Source: an uncultured archaeon
Lineage (GTDB): Archaea; Aenigmatarchaeota; Aenigmatarchaeia; CG10238-14; EX4484-224
Assembly (NCBI GenBank): GCA_964524025.1
Contig: CAZGBT010000003.1
Coordinates: forward strand, 602-64,601
Reading direction: 5' to 3'
Length of the DNA stretch: 64,000 bases
Positions 36,486-44,848 of this stretch are shown here, in pieces; position 1 is the first letter of the stretch; every line of letters begins with the position of its first letter. The notes below the pieces were generated by a model. It was not told the DNA's origin and searched no databases. It worked only from the letters and a program-made list of their open reading frames with translations. A program made the translations under genes and the position numbers.

Positions 36486-37148
36486 AACTTTAGCAATTTT
36501 TCTAAGAAAAAGCTTTGGTTTTTTAGATTTTACGAAAGCTGAAGCTATCAAAACTCCCTCAGAGCCTAGCCTCAAAGCTTCTTCTACATCATCGGGAGTT
36601 GTTATACCGGCTCCGCAAAAAACTTTAATTCTCCTATCAACCCTCTTAACAAGCTCAACAGTTTTTACTATATCTTTAGGTTTAGCTTTAGAAACAGAAA
36701 TTCCAGTCCCTATTAGTTCTGGTGGCTCTATTGCAATTATATTTGGTTTGTACTCAGCTATCTTCTTAGCTTCTAACGGCGAAGAAGCACAACACAAAGA
36801 AATTATTCTGAATTTTTTAGCTATTTTTATGCACTCAACAATTTCTTGAATCCTTAGCTTTCTTTCTAAATGGTTAATTAAAGTTCCGTCCACAAAAGCC
36901 AAATAATTTTCTAATACTATGCGGCCTGTATAAGCACCACTTTTTCTAATCGGATCTATATGCTGAAGAAAAATGAATAAATCTTTAAATTTCTTTCTGA
37001 TCTCCTTTACATCTAGATACTGAGGGCAAACTGCTATAGGTATTTTAAATTTCCTAGAAATTTCGTAACAAGCCTTACATAACTTTAAAGCATTTTTTCC
37101 TACAGCTTCCTTGTAGGATTTGAAATTTAAAACTATTCTAGGTATCAT
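36471..37148 (-). CDS. tpiA: Triosephosphate isomerase (short archaeal type)
   Basis: 225 aa. VLNFKSY, NHLERK, IEPPELIGTG and CGAGI motifs. Confidence 0.85.
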   Translation of the reverse strand: MIPRIVLNFKSYKEAVGKNALKLCKACYEISRKFKIPIAVCPQYLDVKEIRKKFKDLFIFLQHIDPIRKSGAYTGRIVLENYLAFVDGTLINHLERKLRIQEIVECIKIAKKFRIISLCCASSPLEAKKIAEYKPNIIAIEPPELIGTGISVSKAKPKDIVKTVELVKRVDRRIKVFCGAGITTPDDVEEALRLGSEGVLIASAFVKSKKPKLFLRKIAKVLVNV

Positions 37149-37879
37149 AAACCTACTATTTCTTTAATTTTCTCTAACAGTTCTATTGCTTTGCTATCAT
37201 CTTTTAACCAAACGTTTCTACCAACAGCGACTCCTTTAGCACCAGCTTCTATGGCATCTCTAATCATTCCAAGAAACTTTTCTTCTTCGATTTCTGGTCC
37301 TCCCGCAATACCTACAGGACAAAATGTTTTTTCTATGACTTTTCTAAAACTCTCCTTATTCCCAGTATAATAAGTCTTAACCACATCAGCTCCTAACTCG
37401 CAGCCAACTCTTGCTGCATAAGCCACAGATTTTTCATCATAAACTTTTTTACCATTCTTTCTTGGATAGAAAAAACCTATTAAAGGAATTTTCATCCTTA
37501 GAGCAATTTCTTTAACTCTCGCAAAATTTTGCATCATTAAATGCTCAAAATCACTTCCTACATAAACTGTAGCTGCTAATCCGCTAGGCTTTATCTTTTT
37601 AATTTCTGCCTCGCTAGTTACAAGAGCTTGAACTTGATTTTTTGGTCTAACCATAGAAGTTTTTCCAGTTACTTTTAGAATTAAAGGCACTTTTAGCTTA
37701 ATCTTAGAAAGCACATATTTAGCTGACCCTATATGCAAGATTATTCCAGAAATTTTTGCTTCATTCGCCAAATTAGCTATTCTAACAGGATTTAGATTTG
37801 TTTGATAGAAAGGACCATGTTCTACACAATGATCAAAAGCTAAAAAAACAAACTTATCTAGGTTTAATCTTTTCCTCAT
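37145..37879 (-). CDS. Class I fructose-bisphosphate aldolase (archaeal DhnA type) or related aldolase
   Basis: LAFDHCVEHGP and ADVVKTYYTG (Schiff-base Lys context), ~244 aa. Confidence 0.7.
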   Translation of the reverse strand: MRKRLNLDKFVFLAFDHCVEHGPFYQTNLNPVRIANLANEAKISGIILHIGSAKYVLSKIKLKVPLILKVTGKTSMVRPKNQVQALVTSEAEIKKIKPSGLAATVYVGSDFEHLMMQNFARVKEIALRMKIPLIGFFYPRKNGKKVYDEKSVAYAARVGCELGADVVKTYYTGNKESFRKVIEKTFCPVGIAGGPEIEEEKFLGMIRDAIEAGAKGVAVGRNVWLKDDSKAIELLEKIKEIVGL

Positions 37880-39143
37880 AATCCTTTTTAATAAGCTCAG
37901 TAAGAACTCTAGCTTTAAAATCTGAAATTATACTCATTAAATTTGCAAAACCATCTTGAGGTGTGGGGAAGCAAGAAAAATATTTGTGAACATCTCCATC
38001 GTTCCACCATTTAGTGCAAATATAGTAAAGATGATCGCTTTGCTGTAATAACCTCCAAACTTTTAGAAAATAAGGATTTCTAAGCCTTTTTACATGTTTC
38101 TCCAAATTCTTAATTTCCTCAAAGCATATTTGTTGCATTCTATTACCTAACCATGCAGAAACATCTCTTTCCATATCTGCCCAAGAAGCTGTACTAAGCT
38201 CAAATACATCAATCTCTCCAACAGGTTTATATTTAAGAATTATTTCACTAGGCGTACAAAATTCCAAACTTTCATATTTTAGAATTTCGTAAGGCAATGC
38301 TTTCAAAAACCAGAAAATTCCGCTTTCTGCCCATTGATGCTCACCAAAAGTTTCAAAATCCATAAATATGTTAATACATTGACCAGGAGTTGCGTTTAAC
38401 CAAGCAGCGTATTTATCTGCTGTTAAAGGCCATTCACTCCAATCTTTAGCTGAAAACCTATAGCCTATATCATCGCTAAGCTGGTAATTTCTTAAAAGAA
38501 CTCTAATCCTTTTTTCTGGCGGTGGATCGTTAGGGAAACAAAATTTTCTTACATAGACAAAGTTTGGTGACCTCCAACCCAAAATCCTTTCCGCTCCTTC
38601 GCAGAAGATTGCTTTAAAACCTAAATCCTCAACTATCTTAGCTATTATATTGTTGTAGATTAATTCTGTGTTTGCAAAAACCTTTGGTTCGAATTTAAAG
38701 TAATCCTTCATAGCTTGCCTATGCATGTTAACTTGCTCTATAAATTCATCTTTCGCTTCGAATAAACTAGCTAAAGAATGATAGTAAGTTTCCCCTAGCA
38801 ATTCGACGCAACCAGTTTCTACTAATTGCTTAAACTGCTCTAGTAAATCTTTATTGTAGCGTTCGGCCATTTCCAGGAATATCCCGCTTATCGAAAATGA
38901 AACTTTGAATTTTCTTTTTTCCTTCTTAAAACTATCTATAAGTTCAAGCAATATAGATGTTGTAGGAAAGTAACATCTTTTTGCAACTCTATCGAATATC
39001 CATTTATCTAAACCATGGTTGAAATATGCTTCTATTAGCTTGTTGTTAGCTAAATTACCGTTTGGCTGAAAATTTGCAATTCTCATTGGTTGATGGACTT
39101 CGAAGCAAAAGCAGATTGAAGTCATATTTCTTATTTTTCTCAA
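37854..39143 (-). CDS. Glycoside hydrolase family 57 alpha-glucan-active enzyme
   Basis: N-terminal FCFEVHQPMR and DFETFGEHQW are characteristic of GH57. Confidence 0.75.
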   Translation of the reverse strand: MRKIRNMTSICFCFEVHQPMRIANFQPNGNLANNKLIEAYFNHGLDKWIFDRVAKRCYFPTTSILLELIDSFKKEKRKFKVSFSISGIFLEMAERYNKDLLEQFKQLVETGCVELLGETYYHSLASLFEAKDEFIEQVNMHRQAMKDYFKFEPKVFANTELIYNNIIAKIVEDLGFKAIFCEGAERILGWRSPNFVYVRKFCFPNDPPPEKRIRVLLRNYQLSDDIGYRFSAKDWSEWPLTADKYAAWLNATPGQCINIFMDFETFGEHQWAESGIFWFLKALPYEILKYESLEFCTPSEIILKYKPVGEIDVFELSTASWADMERDVSAWLGNRMQQICFEEIKNLEKHVKRLRNPYFLKVWRLLQQSDHLYYICTKWWNDGDVHKYFSCFPTPQDGFANLMSIISDFKARVLTELIKKDYEEKIKPR

Positions 39144-39161
39144 GGCTTTAAAATTTCTATT

Positions 39162-41126
39162 ATGGAATTTTTAATAGCAAAAGATTTGCCTGAAAAGTGT
39201 TATTTATTAGCAAACAAAACTTGCTTTTTCCATAGATTTTGCGATTCTGGTTTTAAAACAAAGTGGACAGGATTCTGGGTTTTTGATAAAAAGTTTATAG
39301 AATATTTTGCCTTTAAAATAAATGATGAATGGCTTTCACCACTTAATTGTAAAAGCTTTTATAGGAATGAAATAAGCGCCAAACATATTTATTCGACTAA
39401 GTTTTTTGACGTAGAAGAATTTTTATTCTTACCTTCAAACCTTAAATCTTTAATCTGCGTCCTAAAGTTAAAAAACAAAATAGGAAAAACTTTAACCGCA
39501 AAAATTTCTGCAGAAGTAGCTGCTAATATAAGGAAATGGAACGAAAATTGGCATAATAGAACTTACGAGCTAAGGGAAATTGGAAAGAAAATTTTGATTA
39601 AATCGAAGCTTGGATGTTTAATTTTTGGTTCTTTTCCAGAGGGAAAAATGGAATTTATGCCCAAGTATAAAGACCATAAGCCAGGAGAAGAATTGCAAAG
39701 ATGCTTTATTCCTGGCTTTTACATTGTAAAATTGAATGTAGCAGGAGAAAGTAACGTTTCCTTTATTTTCGCTTGCGGGAAAGATGAAAGAGAAGCTTTA
39801 AGCGAATACGAAAGTATTATTGGAAATCTGCCAAGAATCTATTCTGAAAGGGAAGAAGAAATTTTAAAGCTAAAAAGTTATATTTTCGATTCAAACATAG
39901 AGTGGTTAAATCAACTCTTTGAAATTTCCTTATTAAACTTGTACGAATTCTGGAGAAGCAATAAAATTAAGGGATTTATAGCAGGTTATCCATGGTTCTT
40001 ACAGATTTGGGGAAGGGATTCTGGCTGGATTTTGCCAGCAATTTGTGATTTAGGAGATTTTGAAAAAGTAAAAGATTGCTTAAAAACTTTATTCGATTTT
40101 AGAAAGGAAGGAAAAATTCCAAATTTCATTTGTTTCGATGGAACTTGCGGCTATAATTCAATAGATTCTACGCTTTTATGGCTAATTTCGCTTGAACATT
40201 ACCTAAAACTTACTAATGATATTAGCTTTTTAAGAGAGCTTAGCAGTGGAATAAAGGAAATCGAAGATTTTATTCTATCTAGAGTTAGGAATGGAAAAAT
40301 ACTTTGTAAGGCTGGGGAAAGTTGGATGGATACCTTAAGCAGGGAAGGCTTTAACATAGATGTTCAATCTATGTTTGCAAGAGCTTTGAAAAGTTTAATT
40401 TATGTTAAAAAAATGTTAGGCATCGATACGAAAGAATTGGAAGACCTTGCTATCGAAGCTAAAAATAGAGTGATGGATTTTTACTTCAAAGATTTTTTCA
40501 TAGATAATTTAGCAAATAAAAAAAGAACTTCTAACGTTTTGTTTGCAATATTTTTTGAAACTATTCCAAAACCGCTAGAAATTTTGAAAATTTTAGAAAG
40601 CGAAGAATTCTCAACCAAATTTGGAGTAGTAACCCTTTCTAGGAAAGAAGAGGATTTCGACCCAAAAGCTTATCATAAAGGAAGTTCTTGGGGAATTTTA
40701 AACGGAGTAATGGCATGTTGTGAATTCAAGTATGGAAATGTAAAGAAAGGTTTAGAATATCTAAAAATTTTGTACAATCTGATTAGGAAAAGGTGTATAG
40801 GTTGCATACCAGAAGCTTGGAATTCTTTAAACGGCAATCTCTTGCTAGATAAGAAAGGGAAAGTTGAAGAAGCCGCGATCTCACAGGCATGGAATTATGC
40901 ATTAATTATTAGATGCATCGACGAATATATGCTCGGTTTTAACATAGATTTGCCAAATAAGGTTTTTATTGCAAAACCAAAAATTCCACCAAACTTCCTT
41001 TCTTTAAGGAGAAAGAGAATTGGGGATGATTGGGTTAATTTTACTATAAGCAGAAAAGTTAGGAAAGTTGATGTAAAATTCGAGAGTGAAAAGAAAATTA
41101 ATTACAGGTTTTTAATAGTTCAATAA
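39162..41126 (+). CDS. Amylo-alpha-1,6-glucosidase / glycogen debranching enzyme (archaeal GDE type)
   Basis: GYPWFLQIWGRDSGW and later HKGSSWG motifs on an (alpha/alpha)6-type domain. Confidence 0.8.
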   Translation: MEFLIAKDLPEKCYLLANKTCFFHRFCDSGFKTKWTGFWVFDKKFIEYFAFKINDEWLSPLNCKSFYRNEISAKHIYSTKFFDVEEFLFLPSNLKSLICVLKLKNKIGKTLTAKISAEVAANIRKWNENWHNRTYELREIGKKILIKSKLGCLIFGSFPEGKMEFMPKYKDHKPGEELQRCFIPGFYIVKLNVAGESNVSFIFACGKDEREALSEYESIIGNLPRIYSEREEEILKLKSYIFDSNIEWLNQLFEISLLNLYEFWRSNKIKGFIAGYPWFLQIWGRDSGWILPAICDLGDFEKVKDCLKTLFDFRKEGKIPNFICFDGTCGYNSIDSTLLWLISLEHYLKLTNDISFLRELSSGIKEIEDFILSRVRNGKILCKAGESWMDTLSREGFNIDVQSMFARALKSLIYVKKMLGIDTKELEDLAIEAKNRVMDFYFKDFFIDNLANKKRTSNVLFAIFFETIPKPLEILKILESEEFSTKFGVVTLSRKEEDFDPKAYHKGSSWGILNGVMACCEFKYGNVKKGLEYLKILYNLIRKRCIGCIPEAWNSLNGNLLLDKKGKVEEAAISQAWNYALIIRCIDEYMLGFNIDLPNKVFIAKPKIPPNFLSLRRKRIGDDWVNFTISRKVRKVDVKFESEKKINYRFLIVQ

Positions 41127-41824
41127 AATCTTGGAAAGTTTTCTGGTTCGAATAAGATAGATTTTAATTTTTTCCAATTAAACTTAATTCTTTTAGCTCT
41201 TTTCATTTCGAGCTTATGCTTCGGAAACTTCTTATTCCAAATTATCTTTAACTTTCCTTTTTTCTCAAAAAGATGATAAGGAAATCCTTTACCTTTAATT
41301 ATTTCATAATTATGTCCTGCATCTATCGGCGAAACTGTTAAAACGAGTGCATCTTTCTTGAAAGACACAAGCCTATGAGCAAATCTTGGATGGATTAAAT
41401 AACCATAACCTTCTCTCAATCTTACTACTCTTGTAAGTTTATTTTTAAAATCAGAAAGCAAAAGGTAACATGAATTTTTTAAACAAAAATAAAGCTCTCC
41501 TCTTTCCTTTTCATGCAAATGTCCAAAGGTACAAAAAAGTTCTCCATCTCTAGAAAATCTTCCAGCAAAGAGAAGGGTCAAATCTACGTAAAGCTTGTAT
41601 TTCTTTAATATTTCCTTAGCTTTCTTTGAGAATTTCCAGAGATTAAATACTTGATAAATTTCTACATCACCTTTTTCTAGCAATTTTTTTGCATCCTTAA
41701 CTCTTAAAATTACTCTTTGCTTAACAAGCTCAGAAAGAAATCTTCTCCATAAAACAGGTTTTTTATTAAAAATTAAACCTATTTCACCATTTTTTGAAAC
41801 GACCTTAAAGCCAAAATTTTTCAT
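41120..41824 (-). CDS. pgiA: Cupin-type glucose-6-phosphate isomerase
   Basis: TFGHLHEKERGELYF and IHPRFAHRL match the metal-binding cupin motifs of archaeal cPGI. It has an N-terminal extension relative to the ~190-aa enzymes. Confidence 0.6.
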   Translation of the reverse strand: MKNFGFKVVSKNGEIGLIFNKKPVLWRRFLSELVKQRVILRVKDAKKLLEKGDVEIYQVFNLWKFSKKAKEILKKYKLYVDLTLLFAGRFSRDGELFCTFGHLHEKERGELYFCLKNSCYLLLSDFKNKLTRVVRLREGYGYLIHPRFAHRLVSFKKDALVLTVSPIDAGHNYEIIKGKGFPYHLFEKKGKLKIIWNKKFPKHKLEMKRAKRIKFNWKKLKSILFEPENFPRFY

Positions 41825-41835
41825 TAAATTAAATT

Positions 41836-43062
41836 ATGTGCGAAGTTTTTTATGTTCCTTGGCTTCATATGCATCAGCCATTAGTTTGGGTAAACGATAA
41901 ATTGGTTAGTTATTTGAAAGTTATGCTAGAGTCTGAAAATGCTCGTATAAAATGGAATGCAAAATTAATAGCAAGAGCTTACAAAAATCCAGCAAAATTT
42001 GTTTTAGAATTGAAAGAGGAAGGATTTGAACCAAGAATAATGCTCGATTTTTCTGGTGTTTTATTAGAAGCTTTGGTAGAGTTAAAAGATTATCTTTCTA
42101 GAATAGAAATTTATGGCGAAAAGATTGGAGACATAATTTCGCTTTATAAGAAGGTATTGAAAAAATATCCCGAATGTATCGAATTTGCAGGAACAGCTTA
42201 TTCGCATTGCTATTTTCCTGCTACACCAGAAAAAGATTGGTATTTACAAATAGAAGAATGGAGAAACGTTTTTGAAAAAATTTTTGGAAAAAAAGCGTTG
42301 GAAAGAGTAAAAGGATTCTGGCTTCCAGAACTTGGAGTTCCAGGTTTTAGAGATAAATTAAAGAAGCTTATAGAAGAGATAAGCAAGTTTTATGAGTGGT
42401 TAATCCTTCCAATTTTTTCTTTAAAAGGTTATGAAAGGCTTTCTTACGAACAAGTTATAAGAATAATTTCAAAGCCACATTGGTTAGAAATAGAAAATGC
42501 AAAAATTAAAGTAATATTTAGAGCTCCTTATTTTTTAATAGATCAGCAAGCAGGTTGTGAAGTAAACCTTTTAAGAAGAAAATTAGAAGAAGTCCTAAGC
42601 ATTTGCAAAGAAAGACCCTTGCTTATAGTTCCTGCAAGCGATGGAGAAAATGGAAATGTCATGATGAACGAATTCTTTCCAAAAACTTTCGTTCCATTTT
42701 TTAAGAAATTTATCAACAAAAAAATTTGTTCTGCAACTGTTTCTCAATTTTTAGAAAGGTATGGCAATCCTAAAAGCAAAATTGAGTTAAAAGTGATCGG
42801 AGCTTCATGGCTGGCAACTCATAAAAGCTGGTTGGAGGGGACCAAAAAATTAGAAATTATAGAATCTATTAAACGAATCAGCAAGCTTTATCATGGCTTA
42901 AAGGATAGGTTGAGCAAAAAAGAAGAGAGAAAAGCTAGAAAACTTTTACTTATAGCAGAAACATCTTGCTATCTTTATTGGGGCTCTGAATTTTGGTATA
43001 ACCAGGCTTTTAAAACTATAAAAAAGCTTGAAAATTTTTTAAATTCTTTCCGAAAAGTTTAA
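41836..43062 (+). CDS. GH57-like glycoside hydrolase family protein
   Basis: N-terminal VPWLHMHQPLVW; sits inside the glycogen cluster. Confidence 0.6.
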   Translation: MCEVFYVPWLHMHQPLVWVNDKLVSYLKVMLESENARIKWNAKLIARAYKNPAKFVLELKEEGFEPRIMLDFSGVLLEALVELKDYLSRIEIYGEKIGDIISLYKKVLKKYPECIEFAGTAYSHCYFPATPEKDWYLQIEEWRNVFEKIFGKKALERVKGFWLPELGVPGFRDKLKKLIEEISKFYEWLILPIFSLKGYERLSYEQVIRIISKPHWLEIENAKIKVIFRAPYFLIDQQAGCEVNLLRRKLEEVLSICKERPLLIVPASDGENGNVMMNEFFPKTFVPFFKKFINKKICSATVSQFLERYGNPKSKIELKVIGASWLATHKSWLEGTKKLEIIESIKRISKLYHGLKDRLSKKEERKARKLLLIAETSCYLYWGSEFWYNQAFKTIKKLENFLNSFRKV

Positions 43063-43074
43063 ATAAGTGATGCT

Positions 43075-44241
43075 ATGAGGATAGCAATTCTGAGCTGGGA
43101 GTCCAATTATTCCATTCCAGCAGGAGGAATTTCTTACGTCGTAGACGAATTATCTAAAACTTTAGCATCGAAAGGCCATGAAGTCCATGTTTTTACTAGA
43201 ATAGGACCCAATCAGCCTCTTTATCAAGAAATAAATGGAGTTCATTATCATCGTTGTCCATTTGCTTTTAACCATAACCTTGTATGGGAAATGAACAATA
43301 TGTGTAAATCGATGGTTCATTTCTTTTTTGAAACAGAAGGTTTTATAGGACCATTTGATATAGTACACGGGCATGATTGGCATGTAGTTAATGCTTTAGA
43401 TGAGCTAAAAAAAGCTGGCAAAAAAATTGTTTTTACGTTGCACTCGACGCAATATGGAAGGGATGGAAATAAGTTTAATGGTGGAATAGCCCAAGATATA
43501 CACAATTTAGAATGGTACGGAACTTACATAGCCAACTTAGTAACTGTTTGTACTAATACTATGAAGGATGAAATTAAGTGGTTGTTTAGACTTCCTGAGT
43601 GGAAGGTAAGAGTTGTTTATAATGCAATAGATTATCACAAGTTTGATGGTTTTATAGATCCTTGGAACGATGTAAAAAAATGGTGGGGAATTGGGGTTTA
43701 TGATCCTGTAATACTTTTTGTTGGAAGGATGACTTATCAAAAGGGAGTTGATATGCTTGTCGAGGCAATTCCTGACGTACTTAAAGATTTTCCAAATGCT
43801 AAATTCGTTTTTATAGGAGATGGTTACATGAAATCACACGTAGAGAATAGATGCAGAGAATTAGGTGTTGGTCATGCAGTAAGATTTACTGGCTACATTT
43901 CGGAAGAGGATAAAATAAAATGGTTAAAAGCTTGCGATATGGTGGTAGTGCCTAGCAGGAACGAGCCTTTTGGGGTAGTTGTTTTAGAAGCATGGGCAGC
44001 TGGAAAACCAGTAATAGCAACGCATGGCACAGGAGCTGGAGAGCTTGTATGGCACGATGTTACAGGTTTAAGAGTTTATCAAAATCCAAATTCGATAGCT
44101 TGGGGGATTAAAACCTTGTTGGCTGACCCAGATAAAGCAAGATGGCTAGGTAAGAATGGTAGATATGCGGTCGAAAAAGTATTTAATTGGGAAAATATAG
44201 CAAATAAAGTATTGGACGTATATAAGGAGGCACTAAGATGA
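43075..44241 (+). CDS. glgA: Glycogen (alpha-glucan) synthase, GT-B glycosyltransferase
   Basis: MRIAILSWE..PAGGISYVV N-terminus and a C-terminal EPFGVVVLEAWAAGKPVIAT motif. Confidence 0.8.
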   Translation: MRIAILSWESNYSIPAGGISYVVDELSKTLASKGHEVHVFTRIGPNQPLYQEINGVHYHRCPFAFNHNLVWEMNNMCKSMVHFFFETEGFIGPFDIVHGHDWHVVNALDELKKAGKKIVFTLHSTQYGRDGNKFNGGIAQDIHNLEWYGTYIANLVTVCTNTMKDEIKWLFRLPEWKVRVVYNAIDYHKFDGFIDPWNDVKKWWGIGVYDPVILFVGRMTYQKGVDMLVEAIPDVLKDFPNAKFVFIGDGYMKSHVENRCRELGVGHAVRFTGYISEEDKIKWLKACDMVVVPSRNEPFGVVVLEAWAAGKPVIATHGTGAGELVWHDVTGLRVYQNPNSIAWGIKTLLADPDKARWLGKNGRYAVEKVFNWENIANKVLDVYKEALR

Positions 44242-44456
44242 AGTGCTGGTTTTGTGATAAAGAAGCTAGAGGGGTTTGTGCAATCTGCGGAAGAGCAGTT
44301 TGTTACGAACATGCTTATAGATTGGATGAAATGACTCTAGCGAAATCAGATACTAGTACTGGCTATGCAACCTATTACAAAGCTTATAATGTGCTTAAAT
44401 GCAAAGAGTGCGCAATTAAATGGGAAGTTTGGGAAAAGGGTTGGAGGAAAGAGTAA
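44238..44456 (+). CDS. Small zinc-ribbon protein (72 aa)
   Basis: CWFC...CAICGRAVCYEH plus CKEC. ATGA overlap with glgA. Confidence 0.45.
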   Translation: MKCWFCDKEARGVCAICGRAVCYEHAYRLDEMTLAKSDTSTGYATYYKAYNVLKCKECAIKWEVWEKGWRKE

Positions 44457-44578
44457 TTAAGTTTTAAAACTCTTCAGAATTGTCATTTTTAATTTTCTTT
44501 AAGTGGTAACCCAAACAATTAAAAATTATTGGTTAACATAAATGATAAACTTAAAAAATCAAAATTTTAAAATTAAAT

Positions 44579-44848
44579 GTGGCAAAACCGAGAAGCGAAA
44601 TTAAAGAAAAAATAATTAAAGTATTAGCTGAGCATCCAGAAGGTTTAACTATTCAAAAAATATCAGAACTCGTTGGAACTACAAGAATAACTGCTGCAAA
44701 ATATATAGCTGAGTTGGCTGGAGCTGGAATTGTTTATAGAAGAAGAGTAGGAGTTGCAACCCTTTGTTACTTAAAAGAGAAATATGTTTCTCTAGTAAGA
44801 GAAGGTGAAATATTAGAGTTGTTAAGGAAAAAGTTGAAGAAGGTTTAA
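44579..44848 (+). CDS. Small winged-helix (wHTH) DNA-binding protein
   Basis: GTG start. LAEHPEGLTIQKISELVGTTRITAAKYIAELAGAGIVYRRRVG is a typical wHTH. Confidence 0.6.
   Translation: MAKPRSEIKEKIIKVLAEHPEGLTIQKISELVGTTRITAAKYIAELAGAGIVYRRRVGVATLCYLKEKYVSLVREGEILELLRKKLKKV

Noticed and set aside
43162-43740. Minus-strand ORFs 43162..43383, 43317..43505 and 43537..43740 inside glgA, together with similar 60-115-aa antisense ORFs inside pheS, pheT, rfcS, rfcL, tatD, tpiA and the THEP1 gene.
   Set aside because: They are embedded antisense in well-supported CDSs, their translations are low-complexity, and they have no independent signals.
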